Shown: positions 1 through 11,354 of the stretch, piece after piece
Position numbering within the stretch: the stretch's first letter is position 1
Layout of the letters: every line of letters begins with the position of its first letter
NCBI GenBank assembly: GCA_900088475.1
Contig: FLMG01000388.1
Location: 1-52,888 of the forward strand
Direction of reading: 5' to 3'
From: Hyphochytrium catenoides
Taxonomy: Eukaryota > Protista > Hyphochytriomycota
Length of the DNA stretch: 52,888 bases
Position numbers and translations under genes: made by a program
The notes under the pieces: model-generated
What the model saw: the letters and a program-made list of their open reading frames with translations, nothing else
The model's database searches: none
What the model was told of the DNA's origin: nothing

Positions 1-907
1 GAGAGAGAGAGAGAGGAGAGACAGACAGACAGATGGACAGACAGACAGACAGAGAGACAGACAGAGACAGACGAAGAGAGAGGAGAAGCAGGTTCTCTTC
101 TTCGTTTTCAAATTATAGTTTTCTCTGAGCTTACGACTCTGCTAGCTCTTTTGGTGTCACTGACTCTATCAAACCGCCGCCGCTTCCTTCCTCAAGCATT
201 TGCCCCTACCTACTAGCTCTTCCCGCCCGCGTGTTGTCAGTTGAGCTTCAACTCTTGTTCGCTATGCGCAAGCCAAGCAGAAGACGGCACAGCCACTCCT
301 TAATAAAAGCGAGCTGTGCAGCTTTTCAGGCTCCGCATCATCCTCCAGATCCCTCTGTTGCTGGCGGCAGGAGAAGAAGGCGGCAGACACGTGATCCTTT
401 CTCTCCTCATAATATAGATGACAGCTCTAACCACCCTCACTCCTCCTCTCCTTCTCCTCTTGGCATTCTTCGTCAGTCCTTTCATTCTCTTCTCTTCTCT
501 CTCCTCTCTTCTTTTTCCTTTCTCTTTTCTTCTCTCTCCCAACCACCACGCGGCCTGTACTCTTCAATCTCTTTCTCTTCCATCTCTTCTTTCCCTGCTT
601 TTTGCTATACTCGCTTCTTCTTCTTCTGCCAGAGCTCCTTTCTCTTCTTCGGTCTACCTCACCACCATGAGAATAGGAGAGGGGAAGATGTCTTTTCTCT
701 CACAGCTCAGAAGCTGTGCGGCATCTTCCTCCTGTTTTCTCCTCTTTCTGACGGCGAAGGCACTGCCAGAGTTCCTACTCCTCCTCCTGGTCCTTCTCTT
801 TCATCAACTAGCCTTTGGACTCTGCTTTAGGCTCTTTTGCTGGTACCTTTCTTCCTTAAACGATCTACTGCTTATTGTCTGTTTTTAGTACAACTTATAA
901 ACACTCA

Positions 908-942
<35 letters not shown>

Positions 943-1030
943 TCTGTCTCTCACACTCTCTCTGCCTCATCACTGTAGATGAAGAAAGCAAGACAAGAAA
1001 GGCCAAGAAAGAATAGAGAATAGACAGAGA

Positions 1031-1078
<48 letters not shown>

Positions 1079-1500
1079 AGAAGAAACAGCAGAGTGGAGA
1101 GCAGCGGCAGCGGTTCTGACGACTTTCTACAAGTAGCAGAAGGAAGAGAGAAGAGAAGAGCTGCCCCATCATCGCTCCGTCGGACATTCATCACCAGCCC
1201 ACTGCACAGCGTCACGCCTCCTTCTTCTACTCCATCGCCTGCTCCTCCTCCCTGTGATGCTGCTGGTATTTCTGCTAGTATGGGCTTCTTTCTTTCTCTC
1301 TTTCTTCTCTCCTTCTCTCTCCCCTGTTTTCCTACGCGGTTAGAACTCCTGTTTTCCTCCTCCTTATCCTCTTTTTTCTGCCTTCTTCTGACTACTGGTC
1401 TGTCCCTTGAAATGTTGGTTGCATGAGGCAAGCCTCTTTCTTTTCTCTCTTCCTCTCTTCCTCTCTCTCTNNNNNNNNNNNNNNNCTCTCTCTTCCTCTT

Positions 1501-1550
<50 letters not shown>

Positions 1551-1727
1551 TTATGTCTGTCTCATCCAAAACTAAGGATGGGCGGACAACCGTCTAAGAG
1601 GTAGGGGGACCGTCCACGGTTAATTATCAGGTAAAAATGCGGGGCCTTCTAACACATGAAGGGGAAGGAGAGGGAATACGATTAGGAGCTGGGGGGCTGT
1701 TGGGCTGCGGGCCGGTGGTTGGTTGGG

Positions 1728-1767
<40 letters not shown>

Positions 1768-2075
1768 AAGAAAGAGAGAGAGAGGGAGGGAGAGAAAGAA
1801 AGAGAGAGAGAGGGAGAGAGAGAGAAAGAAAGAGAGCGAGACCAGGAGGCGGCGGTCGGACTGAGTCAAAGAGTAACCGCGGGTTTATACAGCCGACTGT
1901 GGGAGAGAACAGAGAGAGAGAGATTGCACAAGGGCACAGAGAGAGGAGGCAGAATGGGGAAAGAGAGAGAGAGAGAGAGAGAGGTTGTACGAGGTTGTCG
2001 CATCATCATCATCAAAAGAAGGTGCTCCTCCCCAACACAGTCATCGTGATACGACAAGGAAAAGAGGAGTTGTCA

Positions 2076-2121
<46 letters not shown>

Positions 2122-2537
2122 TTGGCGGGACCAAGAAGCCAGAGGCTGGTAAAGCAAGACTTGACGGACGATGATGATGAGGTTGATGATGGATGGGAAG
2201 AAGCCAGACAGAGAGAGAGACACACATACACACAGAGACAAGAGAGAGAGAAGAGAGAGGGAGCTGGATAGGTGTCATGACAAACAAAAGGCAATCAGAC
2301 CATGTTGGAGGAGAGACTGTGTCATGACTCTTGGCAAAGAAAGAGAAAGAAGAGAGCAGAACGAAGGTAAGAGAGAGAGAGAGAGAAAGAAATAAGGGAG
2401 AGAGAGAGGAAACGGGGAAGACTTTAATCAGAGGAAGTCAGACCAGAGACGGAGACGGACATCTTGGCAACGAGACACATTATCTTTCCTTGACAGTCGC
2501 GTCACTCAGGTTCCCATCTGCTTGGCATCATCCTCTC

Positions 2538-2595
<58 letters not shown>

Positions 2596-3067
2596 TCCTC
2601 TCTCTCTCTCTCTCTCTCTCTGTTGTTCCTCTCTCCCTTCTTTTCTTTTCAATGAGGATGTCCACCCTCACTCCTGGTCCTCCATTCTTCTCTCTTCAAC
2701 TACTCGAGCTGCCAGACACCACCACCAAAACAGGCCAGCATTAGTGAAGCACGCACTTTCTCTTCCCTTGGCGTATTCTGCTCTTGTTGTCTCTCTCTCT
2801 CTCGCTTTCTCTCTCTCTTTTCGCATCTCTCTGCGGACACAGTCGCTTGTTGTTGTACTCCTCTCTTTCTCTCTCTCTTTCCCTCTCTCTCTCTCTCTCT
2901 CCTTTTTCCCCCGTTCTCTCTTTCCTCTCTTCCTCTGCTTCCCGCATTCCTCTTCTGCACTGCCTTGTTGCCAGGTGATACACCACTTTGGCCTGAATCC
3001 CTTTTGCACATGTCTCTTCCCTTTCTCTTCTCTCATTCTCTTCTCTTTCACTCTCTGTTCGTCTCTC

Positions 3068-3119
<52 letters not shown>

Positions 3120-3240
3120 GTCTCTCCTATTCTTGAATGTAGTGCTCGCTCGTCGCGTCATGCTGCCCGCATTGTCCTTCCTTCTCTTGTTGTCAGATGG
3201 AAAGATCAAGTGAGGGACGGAGAGAGAAAAGGCACGGTCG

Positions 3241-3277
<37 letters not shown>

Positions 3278-3484
3278 GGGCCACGTAAATAATGATTGAG
3301 CCTAAGATCATCACGTCCTGACCACGTTCGACTTCTTTCCAAGTAGGAGAAGAGGGCGGAAGAAGAAGAAAGAGAGAGAGACAGGGACAGAGCATTTGCC
3401 TGACTGATATACACCTGCAAGACATACAAGCACCACCACCAACGGAGCTGATCACTATTCGCTATTCCTTGTCCTCCTCTTCTC

Positions 3485-3536
<52 letters not shown>

Positions 3537-3700
3537 CTCTTCCTCTCGTACTTTCTCACTCTCTTTTCTCTCTCTCCTCTCTTTCATTTTTCTCGCTAGC
3601 TGCTAGCTTCTCCTTTGTTCTCCTAGATGGTCCACAATCGTCCCACTTACAAAAGAAGAAGAGGGAGAGAGAGAGAGAGAGAGAGAGCAGAGAGAGAGAG
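1..3700. repeat. Dense (GA/CT)n microsatellite region with no gene I can support
   Basis: Many long dinucleotide tracts in both orientations (e.g. 1035-1075, 2080-2117, 2541-2620, 3073-3117) and one N gap. Similar tracts fill introns and intergenic DNA across the window. Confidence 0.85.
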
Positions 3701-3949
3701 CTCAGATAATCATCTGTAGAGAAGAGGCGCTGCCGTCTCCTCTTTCCTCGTGCCACTTTCCGTTCTTCTCTTGTACATTCGTTCTCTCTTTATCTTCCCT
3801 CCTCCTATCCCAGCTAGCGCTCACGTTTCTCAATTGTGTTCGCAAGTCATGCACACTCTCTCTCTTTCTCTCTCTTGCTGTTTCTCCTCCTGATTAACAA
3901 TGATCACCTTACTCCTGTCCTGGCCGCCCCTCGGCCGACTCTGTCGCTG

Positions 3950-5167
3950 ATGAGGAAGATGGCAGGCCAACAGGAGGAGGAGAGAGAAGCAGCCAAGAGA
4001 GAGAAAGAAGATGACAAGGCAGGGGGGAAAGAGGCGGCGGAGAGAGAGCAAAACAAGGGGAAGAAGAGATCGAAGAAGAAGAAGACGTTGGAGAAGAGAG
4101 AAGATAATAACCTTTGCGCCCCCTCTGCCTCATTTGCTCTGGAAGACCCTCCTCTCTCCTTCTCAAGCCTCTCCTCATCAACCTGTCTTCCTCTTTCTCT
4201 TCCTTTTCCTCCCATCACTGTCGCTGCACGATCTCTCTCTTCTTCTTTATCATCCGCTGGCACGATGCTGCCCTCTCTCCCTACTCTATTCTCTCCTCTT
4301 CTCTCTCCTCTTCTTTCTCCTCTCTCTCCTCTCAATTTCTCCTCCATAGCCTCTTCTTCTCCTATCAATTCCTTTAGACCTGTCGCGTCCTTGCTGATAT
4401 CTGCCCAACAACATGGGAGAAGAGAGTCTCTGGTACGAGAAGAGAAAGAGAGAGAGCAGAAGCAGCAGCAACGGAAAGAGAAAGAGAGGCCGTCTCTCTC
4501 TTCTGTGCTTTCACCGTCGGCATCCAATCCTCTTCTCTCTTCCTTCAGCCTATCTTCTCCTCTTGTTCCTCTTCCTACCTCGTCCTCTCAAGCTGTTCCT
4601 TCTCTCTCTCTCTCGCCTTCCTCTCGCCCTCCTTCTCTCTCTCTCTCTTCACCTCCTCCTTCTTCTTCTTCCTCTCCCCCGGGAAAGAGAAAAAAGAAGA
4701 AGAAACAGCGTCAGCGGTGCAGATTTCCCTCTTGCACGCGGTACGTCCAGCAGGGCGGCGCCTGTGTCCGTCACGGTGCCAAGAAGCGGCTCTGTCACGT
4801 CGCAAACTGCGGTAAAAAGAATGTCCAAGGCGGGCGCTGCATCGCTCACGGTGCGTCTGTCCGTCGCTGCCAGGCCTCTGGCTGTCTGAACCGCACAGTC
4901 CGTGGTGGGCTCTGTATCGCACACGGGGCAAAGGTTGAGAGATGCGCAGTTGTGGGCTGCAGTAGGAGAGAGAGAGGAGGGACTGGCCTCTGTGTCAGCC
5001 ACGGAGGCGCGAGAGAAAGTGTTTCCTGCAAGGAGAGAGACTGTGCCTTCCTTGCCAAGGTGGGAGAGTTGTGCCTCACTCATGAGAGGAGACGACAAAG
5101 AGGAAGAGAGACAGCGCAGAGGGCGAAGGAGAGTGTAGAAGAAGCGCAAGAGCTAGAGAAAGGGTAG
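3950..5167 (+). CDS. WRKY19-like zinc-finger repeat protein (5 x C-x4-C-x9/10-C-x2-H), putative nucleic-acid-binding regulator
   Basis: Single long ORF; first in-frame ATG at 3950 (alternative 3959). Ser/Pro/Leu low-complexity middle, a basic NLS-like stretch GKRKKKKKQR, then repeats CRFPSCTRYVQQGGACVRHG, CHVANCGKKNVQGGRCIAHG, CQASGCLNRTVRGGLCIAHG, CAVVGCSRRERGGTGLCVSHG, CKERDCAFLAKVGELCLTHE. There is no WRKYGQK motif. Confidence 0.85.
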   Translation: MRKMAGQQEEEREAAKREKEDDKAGGKEAAEREQNKGKKRSKKKKTLEKREDNNLCAPSASFALEDPPLSFSSLSSSTCLPLSLPFPPITVAARSLSSSLSSAGTMLPSLPTLFSPLLSPLLSPLSPLNFSSIASSSPINSFRPVASLLISAQQHGRRESLVREEKEREQKQQQRKEKERPSLSSVLSPSASNPLLSSFSLSSPLVPLPTSSSQAVPSLSLSPSSRPPSLSLSSPPPSSSSSPPGKRKKKKKQRQRCRFPSCTRYVQQGGACVRHGAKKRLCHVANCGKKNVQGGRCIAHGASVRRCQASGCLNRTVRGGLCIAHGAKVERCAVVGCSRRERGGTGLCVSHGGARESVSCKERDCAFLAKVGELCLTHERRRQRGRETAQRAKESVEEAQELEKG

Positions 5168-5530
5168 AGCAGGCTAGTCTCTTTGAGAAGACAGAGCAAG
5201 AAAGACGGAAAAGAGGGAAATGCCAGGGCCAACTTTCCGATCCTCTGGTCCTTTCTGTCTTTCTACCTCTGGGTTGGGAGGGACGGGAATGCAAAGAGAG
5301 AGGAAGAAAGAGAGAAGAAGAAACACTTCTCTTTCCACGTCCTTCCTAGCAAAAGAAAGAGGCGCTATGAGCATGGAGGAGAGGACCCTTGAGGCCAATG
5401 GAAGAGCAAGAGAGAGACAGACAGACTCCAGACAGTCCGTTGGACATTTAAGACTCCAGCACATCTATTCAGGAAGGGACGTTATTTGGACTATTGGAGA
5501 CAGGCCAAAGACGGAGGGATGCTCTCTAAA

Positions 5531-5569
<39 letters not shown>

Positions 5570-5936
5570 CATTCAGAAAGCAAGACTAGAGTGGGCAGCC
5601 TTGTCTAACAGCAAACCCAGAGCATGTTCCGAGCAGGCTGATGCTCATTAACTCATTCTGCCTTCTCTCTCTCTCCCTTTCTATGCGTGGGTAGCGATAG
5701 GCAACGAGGACGATGTCTTCTTCTCTCAAACTCGTTCTTCATTACTTCTTCCCAGAGCTGCGCGGCCTTCAGGACGTCGACTGCACACACAAGAACGAGA
5801 CCGGGCACCAGAAAGACAGCGCATGAAAGAGGGAGACTATGACCTTTCAAAAGCCATAGCCTCCCCAAAAAGACCTCAAGGGGCGGAAAGAACAGAGGAG
5901 AGAGAGAGAGAGAGAGAGAGTGCCATCTCGTCCGTC

Positions 5937-7800
5937 TCAAAAGTCATACTCAGGGTTCGGACTGCGTGTTGTCACACTGACAGAGGGAGCTCTGATGTGT
6001 TGGCTGGTGGTGGAGGTGAGTGCCGTTCTGATGCTCGTGGGAGAATCTTCTCTCTTGACAAATGTGCCAGGATGAGAGAGCAGCGCGACTCTTCCGTCTC
6101 CGCTCGGTACGTCAGAGCTCCCCACTTTATGGTCCAGATACCTAAGAGAAGAGACAAGCCATCAACACCAAGGCGAGCAGGCAGGAGGAGGAGACGATGA
6201 GTGTCATCTATGATGTAGGCAGAATGTGCAGACAACAGTGAGACGGACAGATGGAGTAGACTAATAAACAGCGCGGGAACTCACAGAAAGGGAGAGAGAG
6301 AGAGGGAAACACAGAGAGAGAGAGGGAAACACAGAGAGAGAGAATGGGAAGACAAGAATACATACATATATATATAGAGGGACAGAGACACAGAGAGAGA
6401 GAGAGAAAGAGAGAAAAGGAAGACTCCCTAGTAGCTAAGAGTCAAGCAAGTGAACGCCTTCCATTAGAAGACAACAGCTGGTAAGTAGAGACCAGAGCAG
6501 AAGCGAGACAGAGAAGGATGCCAGGGCGAAGCGAGAGGAAGGAAAGGATCTATCGAGGGGAGAAAGAACCCTTACCTCTCTGCTGAGAAATAGCACGTGG
6601 AGAACCCGTTGCTGCCTTCAAAGTTCACGGTCAGTGGCGCATAGAGAAGATCCCTGTCTGTCGAGGTGGAGGACGGGTTGCAGACTCTGAAGGTTGGACG
6701 GAGATAAGGAGCGAGAGAGAACTTGCTGCCAATGCCCAGAGCTTCTCCCTCAAAGCGGACGAGCCACCAGACCTCAAGGTTCTCTTCACTGATCTCTGGA
6801 TACCAGCTCAGCTTCCTAGAGGTGGTGAGTCAGAGAGGTCCAGGGTCGCACGTATTACAAGTAAGATAATAGATATGGGAGCAAAAGGGTTATGGGAAGA
6901 GAGAGAGAAAGAGAGAAAAGGTGAGAGAGAAGGAAGGAGAATGGATCATACTGTCTAACAGAATAGAAGCTTTAGCTGTTTCCTCTGGCTGCTCTTCTCT
7001 CTTTCATACTGAGGCTCTCTCGTTTGCCTGTACGTCCCCGGCCTATGCGCAAGAACGGATTGCCATAGTCCTAAGAAGCTCTCTCTCTATTCTCTCTTCC
7101 AATCCAACATAGCTTCTCACCTCTTCTCTATCCTCAGTCTCCATATCTTTCGCCATTTCCTCTCTTCTCCTGTGCCTCTCCTTTGTCTTCCATCTCTCCT
7201 CTCCACTCCCACACTCCCCCTTCTCCCTCTCATTTCCTCCCCGGTCCTTTCTCTTCCAAACCTCTCTCTCTCTCTTATCTTCCTCATCCTCTCTCTTCAC
7301 AGTTTCCCCTCTTTCTCCTAAGAGCATCGGATGTAACAAGAGCAAGAGAGAGAGAGGGAGCAAGCGAGAAAGATTCTGGGAGAGAGAACAAGCGAGAGAG
7401 ACTCCGGGAGACAGAAGACTTTTTACCTCCTTCCCAGGTTACATCCCAAGAACTGAGGCGCTCCTATTCCTTCAGGATCCATCGCGATGCCCACAATATC
7501 ATTAGGCCGGATAGGCTCTCCCTCTTTCCTCGGATGCATCGGGAAGAAGTAGACCACTTCTGAAGGCTGCTGGTCTGCCGTCTGCAGTCTCAGACTCGGC
7601 CTGGGACCCCGAAAGATGCCTTCCTTTCCATAGGAAAGCACGCGATGCAGGTACAGAAGACGGACGCGCTCTCCAAGCTTGACGACTGATGAAGGAGGGA
7701 AAGAGAGAGAGAAGAAGCGCGAGTCTCCTCCTCCTCCTCCGTCGGCTGTCGGCTGCCGGCTATCAGATCGATTGGTAAAGACCCGCCCAGGCGCAGGCAT
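5937..7800 (-). CDS. Hypothetical protein, 3 exons, about 272 aa, possible beta-trefoil domain
   Basis: Exons 7800-7427, 6815-6576 and 6141-5937 have GT-AG boundaries and consistent phase (819 nt). Globular-looking sequence, e.g. VVYFFPMHPRKEGEPIRPNDIVGIAM and KLSWYPEISEENLEVWWLVRFEGEALGIGSKFSL. Confidence 0.7.
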
Positions 7801-7989
7801 ATCTTAGGATAGCAGTGGAAGATAGAAGATTCTTAACGAGAGAGAGAAAGAGAAAGAGAGAGAGCGTGCGAAGAGCAGAGTTCTCCAAAGCGAGACGGAG
7901 AAGAAGAAGAAGAGAGTGCTGTTAGAGCTATCTCTCTTCTTTGAGCTTAAGATTTTTTAATACAATTGCTGTATAGCTTGCCCGACAGG

Positions 7990-8023
<34 letters not shown>

Positions 8024-9410
8024 CAAGGATGATGAGTCTTCTCAGCACGAAGCCAACGGCTACGACCGCGATGGCTGCGGGGGAGGCAAGAAAGAGACAG
8101 AATGGGCGTGGAAGTGGAACGGGCCTGTGAATAGGCAGAGACAAGGATACTGTTTGACACCTGCGCCGGGGAGGGGAGAAGCTGGACAGGAGAGAGAAGC
8201 TACAAAGGCATACAGTAGAGAGAAATCCACTTGTGTGTCTCTCTCTCTCGCTCTCGCTGTTCCCTTTGCCTTTTTTCCGCCTCTCTCTCTCACTTCGTTT
8301 CCTTCCCCACTCTTCGTCGCCGCTGATCCCGTTGTTGCCGCTGCCCCTCTCTCCCTTCCCTGATCACCTGACGCTGGCGCTGGACACAAGCTTGAAATGA
8401 CAGGAGTTCTTCCAGCAGATTGTGGAGAAGCGACAAAGAAAGAGAAGGCGAGATCTTTGGGACAGCATGGCGAGACCAGAGACCAAAAGAGAGAAAAGGA
8501 GGAGAGAGACAGCGACGAGAGAGAGAAAGAGAGTGATAGGAGAGAAAACGAGGGAGAGAGAGTGTTGGGGGAGAGAGAGAGGTGTGAAGAGAAGAGAGAG
8601 AGAAAAGAGAGAGGGGTTAAAAAGGTGGAAGAAGAGAGAGAGAGAGAAAGTGAGAGAGGGTGAGTAGGAAGAGAGGGAGAGAGAGAGAGAGAGAGAGANN
8701 NNNNNNNNNNNNNNNNNNNNNNNNNNNNNNNNNNNNNNNNNAGAGAGAGAACAAGACGAGCGCAAAAGTCCAAGGTTTGGAGGGGCAATGGAGGGAAAGG
8801 TCACGATCGAAACAGGGCAGGCCAGGCGATAGCAGAGAGAGACAGAGCAGTCATACAAACAGACAGAATTAACAACAAAAGTGTAAGACAGAGCGTCGCA
8901 GGATGGAGAGCTCACACTGAAGCCACAGAATCGGATGTGGGCCGAGTAGCCTTTCCAAAGCCAATACGCGACGAAAACAAAGCCCATACCATACTCTATG
9001 GCAGCTATTGACAACTTATAGAATGATCTAATTGCTTAAAATTGTTTACGTTAGCGCATACTTTTTATCAAATACGAATATTTTCGGAAGGCAATGTCCG
9101 AAACTTCTATAGATTATTAGGACCTTCAACAGCGAACATGAGGAGACGTCCAAATCAGGCGCCTATCACACAAACACGCTCCCAAGAGACAGAGAGAGCT
9201 AGCTAAAAATAAAGGCCTTTTCCCTTCCAAGATGGCCAAAGCTGACTCTCTGTTCCTTGTTCTAAACCTCCAGCCAATGGCCGGCCTGGATCCAAAATGG
9301 CTGGCCAATCAGAGTTTAGCATAAAGAACATAGACTTGCTGAAGAAACAACCTTATGACCTTTTAGCTAATATTACATAAATACAAGCATGAACTCGAGA
9401 AATATCAAGT

Positions 9411-9458
<48 letters not shown>

Positions 9459-9483
9459 ACGTGTTCGATCCACGTTCGTGGCA
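9411..9483 (+). tRNA. tRNA-Phe (GAA), intronless
   Basis: 73 nt cloverleaf: acceptor stem GCCGCGA/TCGTGGC-A with a G4-U69 pair, D arm GCTCAGTTGGGAGAGC, anticodon arm TCAGA-CTGAAGA-TCTGA, T arm ACGTG-TTCGATC-CACGT. No encoded CCA; a T-rich Pol III terminator-like sequence follows. Confidence 0.98.
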
Positions 9484-10036
9484 TTTCCTTTTCCCTTTCA
9501 CTCCTATCATTTTAACGACAACAGCGCTGTACGGATTACTATAGCTTTTATCTTATACAATGCTAGAACTACTACAACAACACGGCTCTCAACAAATAAT
9601 ACACTGTAATTTTTGATAAGTGAGTAGGAGCCGTTAGCGGTTTATTTCCAGCTTGTTCGCTCCATTTCGGTCACCTTCGGTCCGTTTCTGATTGTTTGAT
9701 TTGAGGGGAGACAGGAAGAGTGGTCAGAGACAGAGCAGAAGTAGAGAGAGGAAGAAGCAGGATGGAAGACGAGAGAGATACATTGATGAGGTTCAAAAGA
9801 AAAGCGGCCGAGGGAAAGAGAGAGAGAAAGGGAGAGAAAGAAGCAACGCTCTGGAGGCCTTGCTCTCCCCCCATACGCCAATAGTAGCCGTCCTGAACAA
9901 GGCGGACAGATCACTGCGCCTTCTGGACAGCGAGCGCGGCGCTGAGACGCAGCACCTAAGAGAAGAAACACACGGTCCACTGAGCAGTCCCATCACAAGA
10001 TAAAGCGCTACCATTGCGCTGCACGCCAGGAGTACG

Positions 10037-10861
10037 ATGGCTTCTGCCGCTGCTGTGTGCGGTCTCGGGCGACTGATGCCGACCGTCTTCATTCCTCATG
10101 GCGGGGGCCCTCTCCCTATTCTGGGGCATGAGGGACATAAGGAGATGGTCACGTTCCTGAGAGGCTTCGGGCAGAGTCACCTCTCATCCGTCCCTCCTCC
10201 AAGCGCTATACTCCTCATCTCCGCGCACTGGGAGGAGAGAGTCCCAACCATCCAGACAAGCCCATCTCCTGCTCTCTTCTATGATTACTACGGCTTCCCG
10301 GAAGAGGCGTACTCCATAGATTATCCAGCCAAAGGCGACCCAAAGCTAGCTCAAAGAATCGGTGAGCTATTGAAAGGCAATGGTATCGCCTATCAGACTG
10401 ATAGCCAACGAGGCTATGACCATGGAACCTTCATCCCTCTAAAGCTCATGTTCCCCGGCGCAAATATTCCAGTGGTGCAGCTCTCTCTCTGCTCGTCTCT
10501 TTCTCCTAGAGAGCACATAGCCATCGGGACAGCTCTCTCGCCCTTGCGAGAAGAAGGTGTCCTTATCATAGGCTCTGGAATGTCTTTCCATGGGAGCTTT
10601 GGCAGAACGTCGGCCAATGTTCATAGTGTTCCGTTCCATAACTATCTAAGACAAGCGCTTGTCGAGACCAAAGATGAGAAAGAGAGGAGAGAGAAAATAG
10701 AGAAATGGGAGAGCGCGCCATCTGCACGCGCTTGCCATCCAAGAGAGGAACATCTCCTTCCTTTGATGCCTGTCTTGGGAGCAGCAGGCAGTTCGGAGGG
10801 CAAAGAGGTCTTCTTGGGAGATGTTCTCGGTGTCCAAGTGGCCGCTTACCTGTTCGGCTGA
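10037..10861 (+). CDS. Class III extradiol ring-cleavage dioxygenase (LigB / 4,5-DOPA dioxygenase, YgiD-like), intronless
   Basis: Motifs FIPHGGGPLP, ISAHWE, YDYYGFP, RGYDHG.FIPLKLMFP, IPVVQLS, GVLIIGSGMSFH and HPREEHLLPL. A second possible start is at 10076. Confidence 0.95.
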   Translation: MASAAAVCGLGRLMPTVFIPHGGGPLPILGHEGHKEMVTFLRGFGQSHLSSVPPPSAILLISAHWEERVPTIQTSPSPALFYDYYGFPEEAYSIDYPAKGDPKLAQRIGELLKGNGIAYQTDSQRGYDHGTFIPLKLMFPGANIPVVQLSLCSSLSPREHIAIGTALSPLREEGVLIIGSGMSFHGSFGRTSANVHSVPFHNYLRQALVETKDEKERREKIEKWESAPSARACHPREEHLLPLMPVLGAAGSSEGKEVFLGDVLGVQVAAYLFG

Positions 10862-11354
10862 GGGCGTGTAAATTCCAAGGCATTCAGATATCTCTGTGAG
10901 AGAGAGAGAAAGAGAGAGAGGGAGAGGGGAAGTGGGCGGAAAGATAGGAGGCGCAATAGAGAGCGAGAGAGCGCACGACAGCGTTGAGGCGTGTTAAAGT
11001 GAAGGAGTCGACTATCATTAACCTCGAAGGAGAGGTTTAAATTGCTGAATAATGTACTATAGCTCAACATATCAAGACACAGCTGTGACTCACTGGCTCA
11101 CAGCAACAACCATGGTCATTTTCTCTCCTAGCACAGGCATCAAGGCTCTCTGCCAGAGGGCCAAGGTGGGAGGCGTTGAACAGAGAGACGAGACAGTGTA
11201 GGCAGGGAGCAGAGCCAAGAGCCAACATGCGCCCTGGTAGCTGCTCTGGTGCCTCCTTCACCCTGGAACTTCATTGAAACAGGAAGATAACTGGCTGCGC
11301 TTATAAAAGAGGGAAGAGAACGGACGAAAGGTGGTTTGTCTCTCGTTCCGTGAC

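Noticed and set aside
231-3756. Many ORFs in the track, including hydrophobic 418..888 and 2522..3136
   Set aside because: They are dominated by (CT)n/(GA)n translation, often start at non-ATG codons, and show no recognisable motif or consistent exon chain.
6284-6342. Short 20-bp repeats (gggaaacacagagagagaga) as a CRISPR-like array
   Set aside because: No unique spacers; this is a microsatellite-derived intronic duplication in a eukaryotic gene.
8060-9014. Possible minus-strand gene (LLHNLLEELLSFQ...; MGFVFVAYWLWKG...)
   Set aside because: I could not build a phase-consistent exon chain, the region spans a gap, and there is no recognisable homology.
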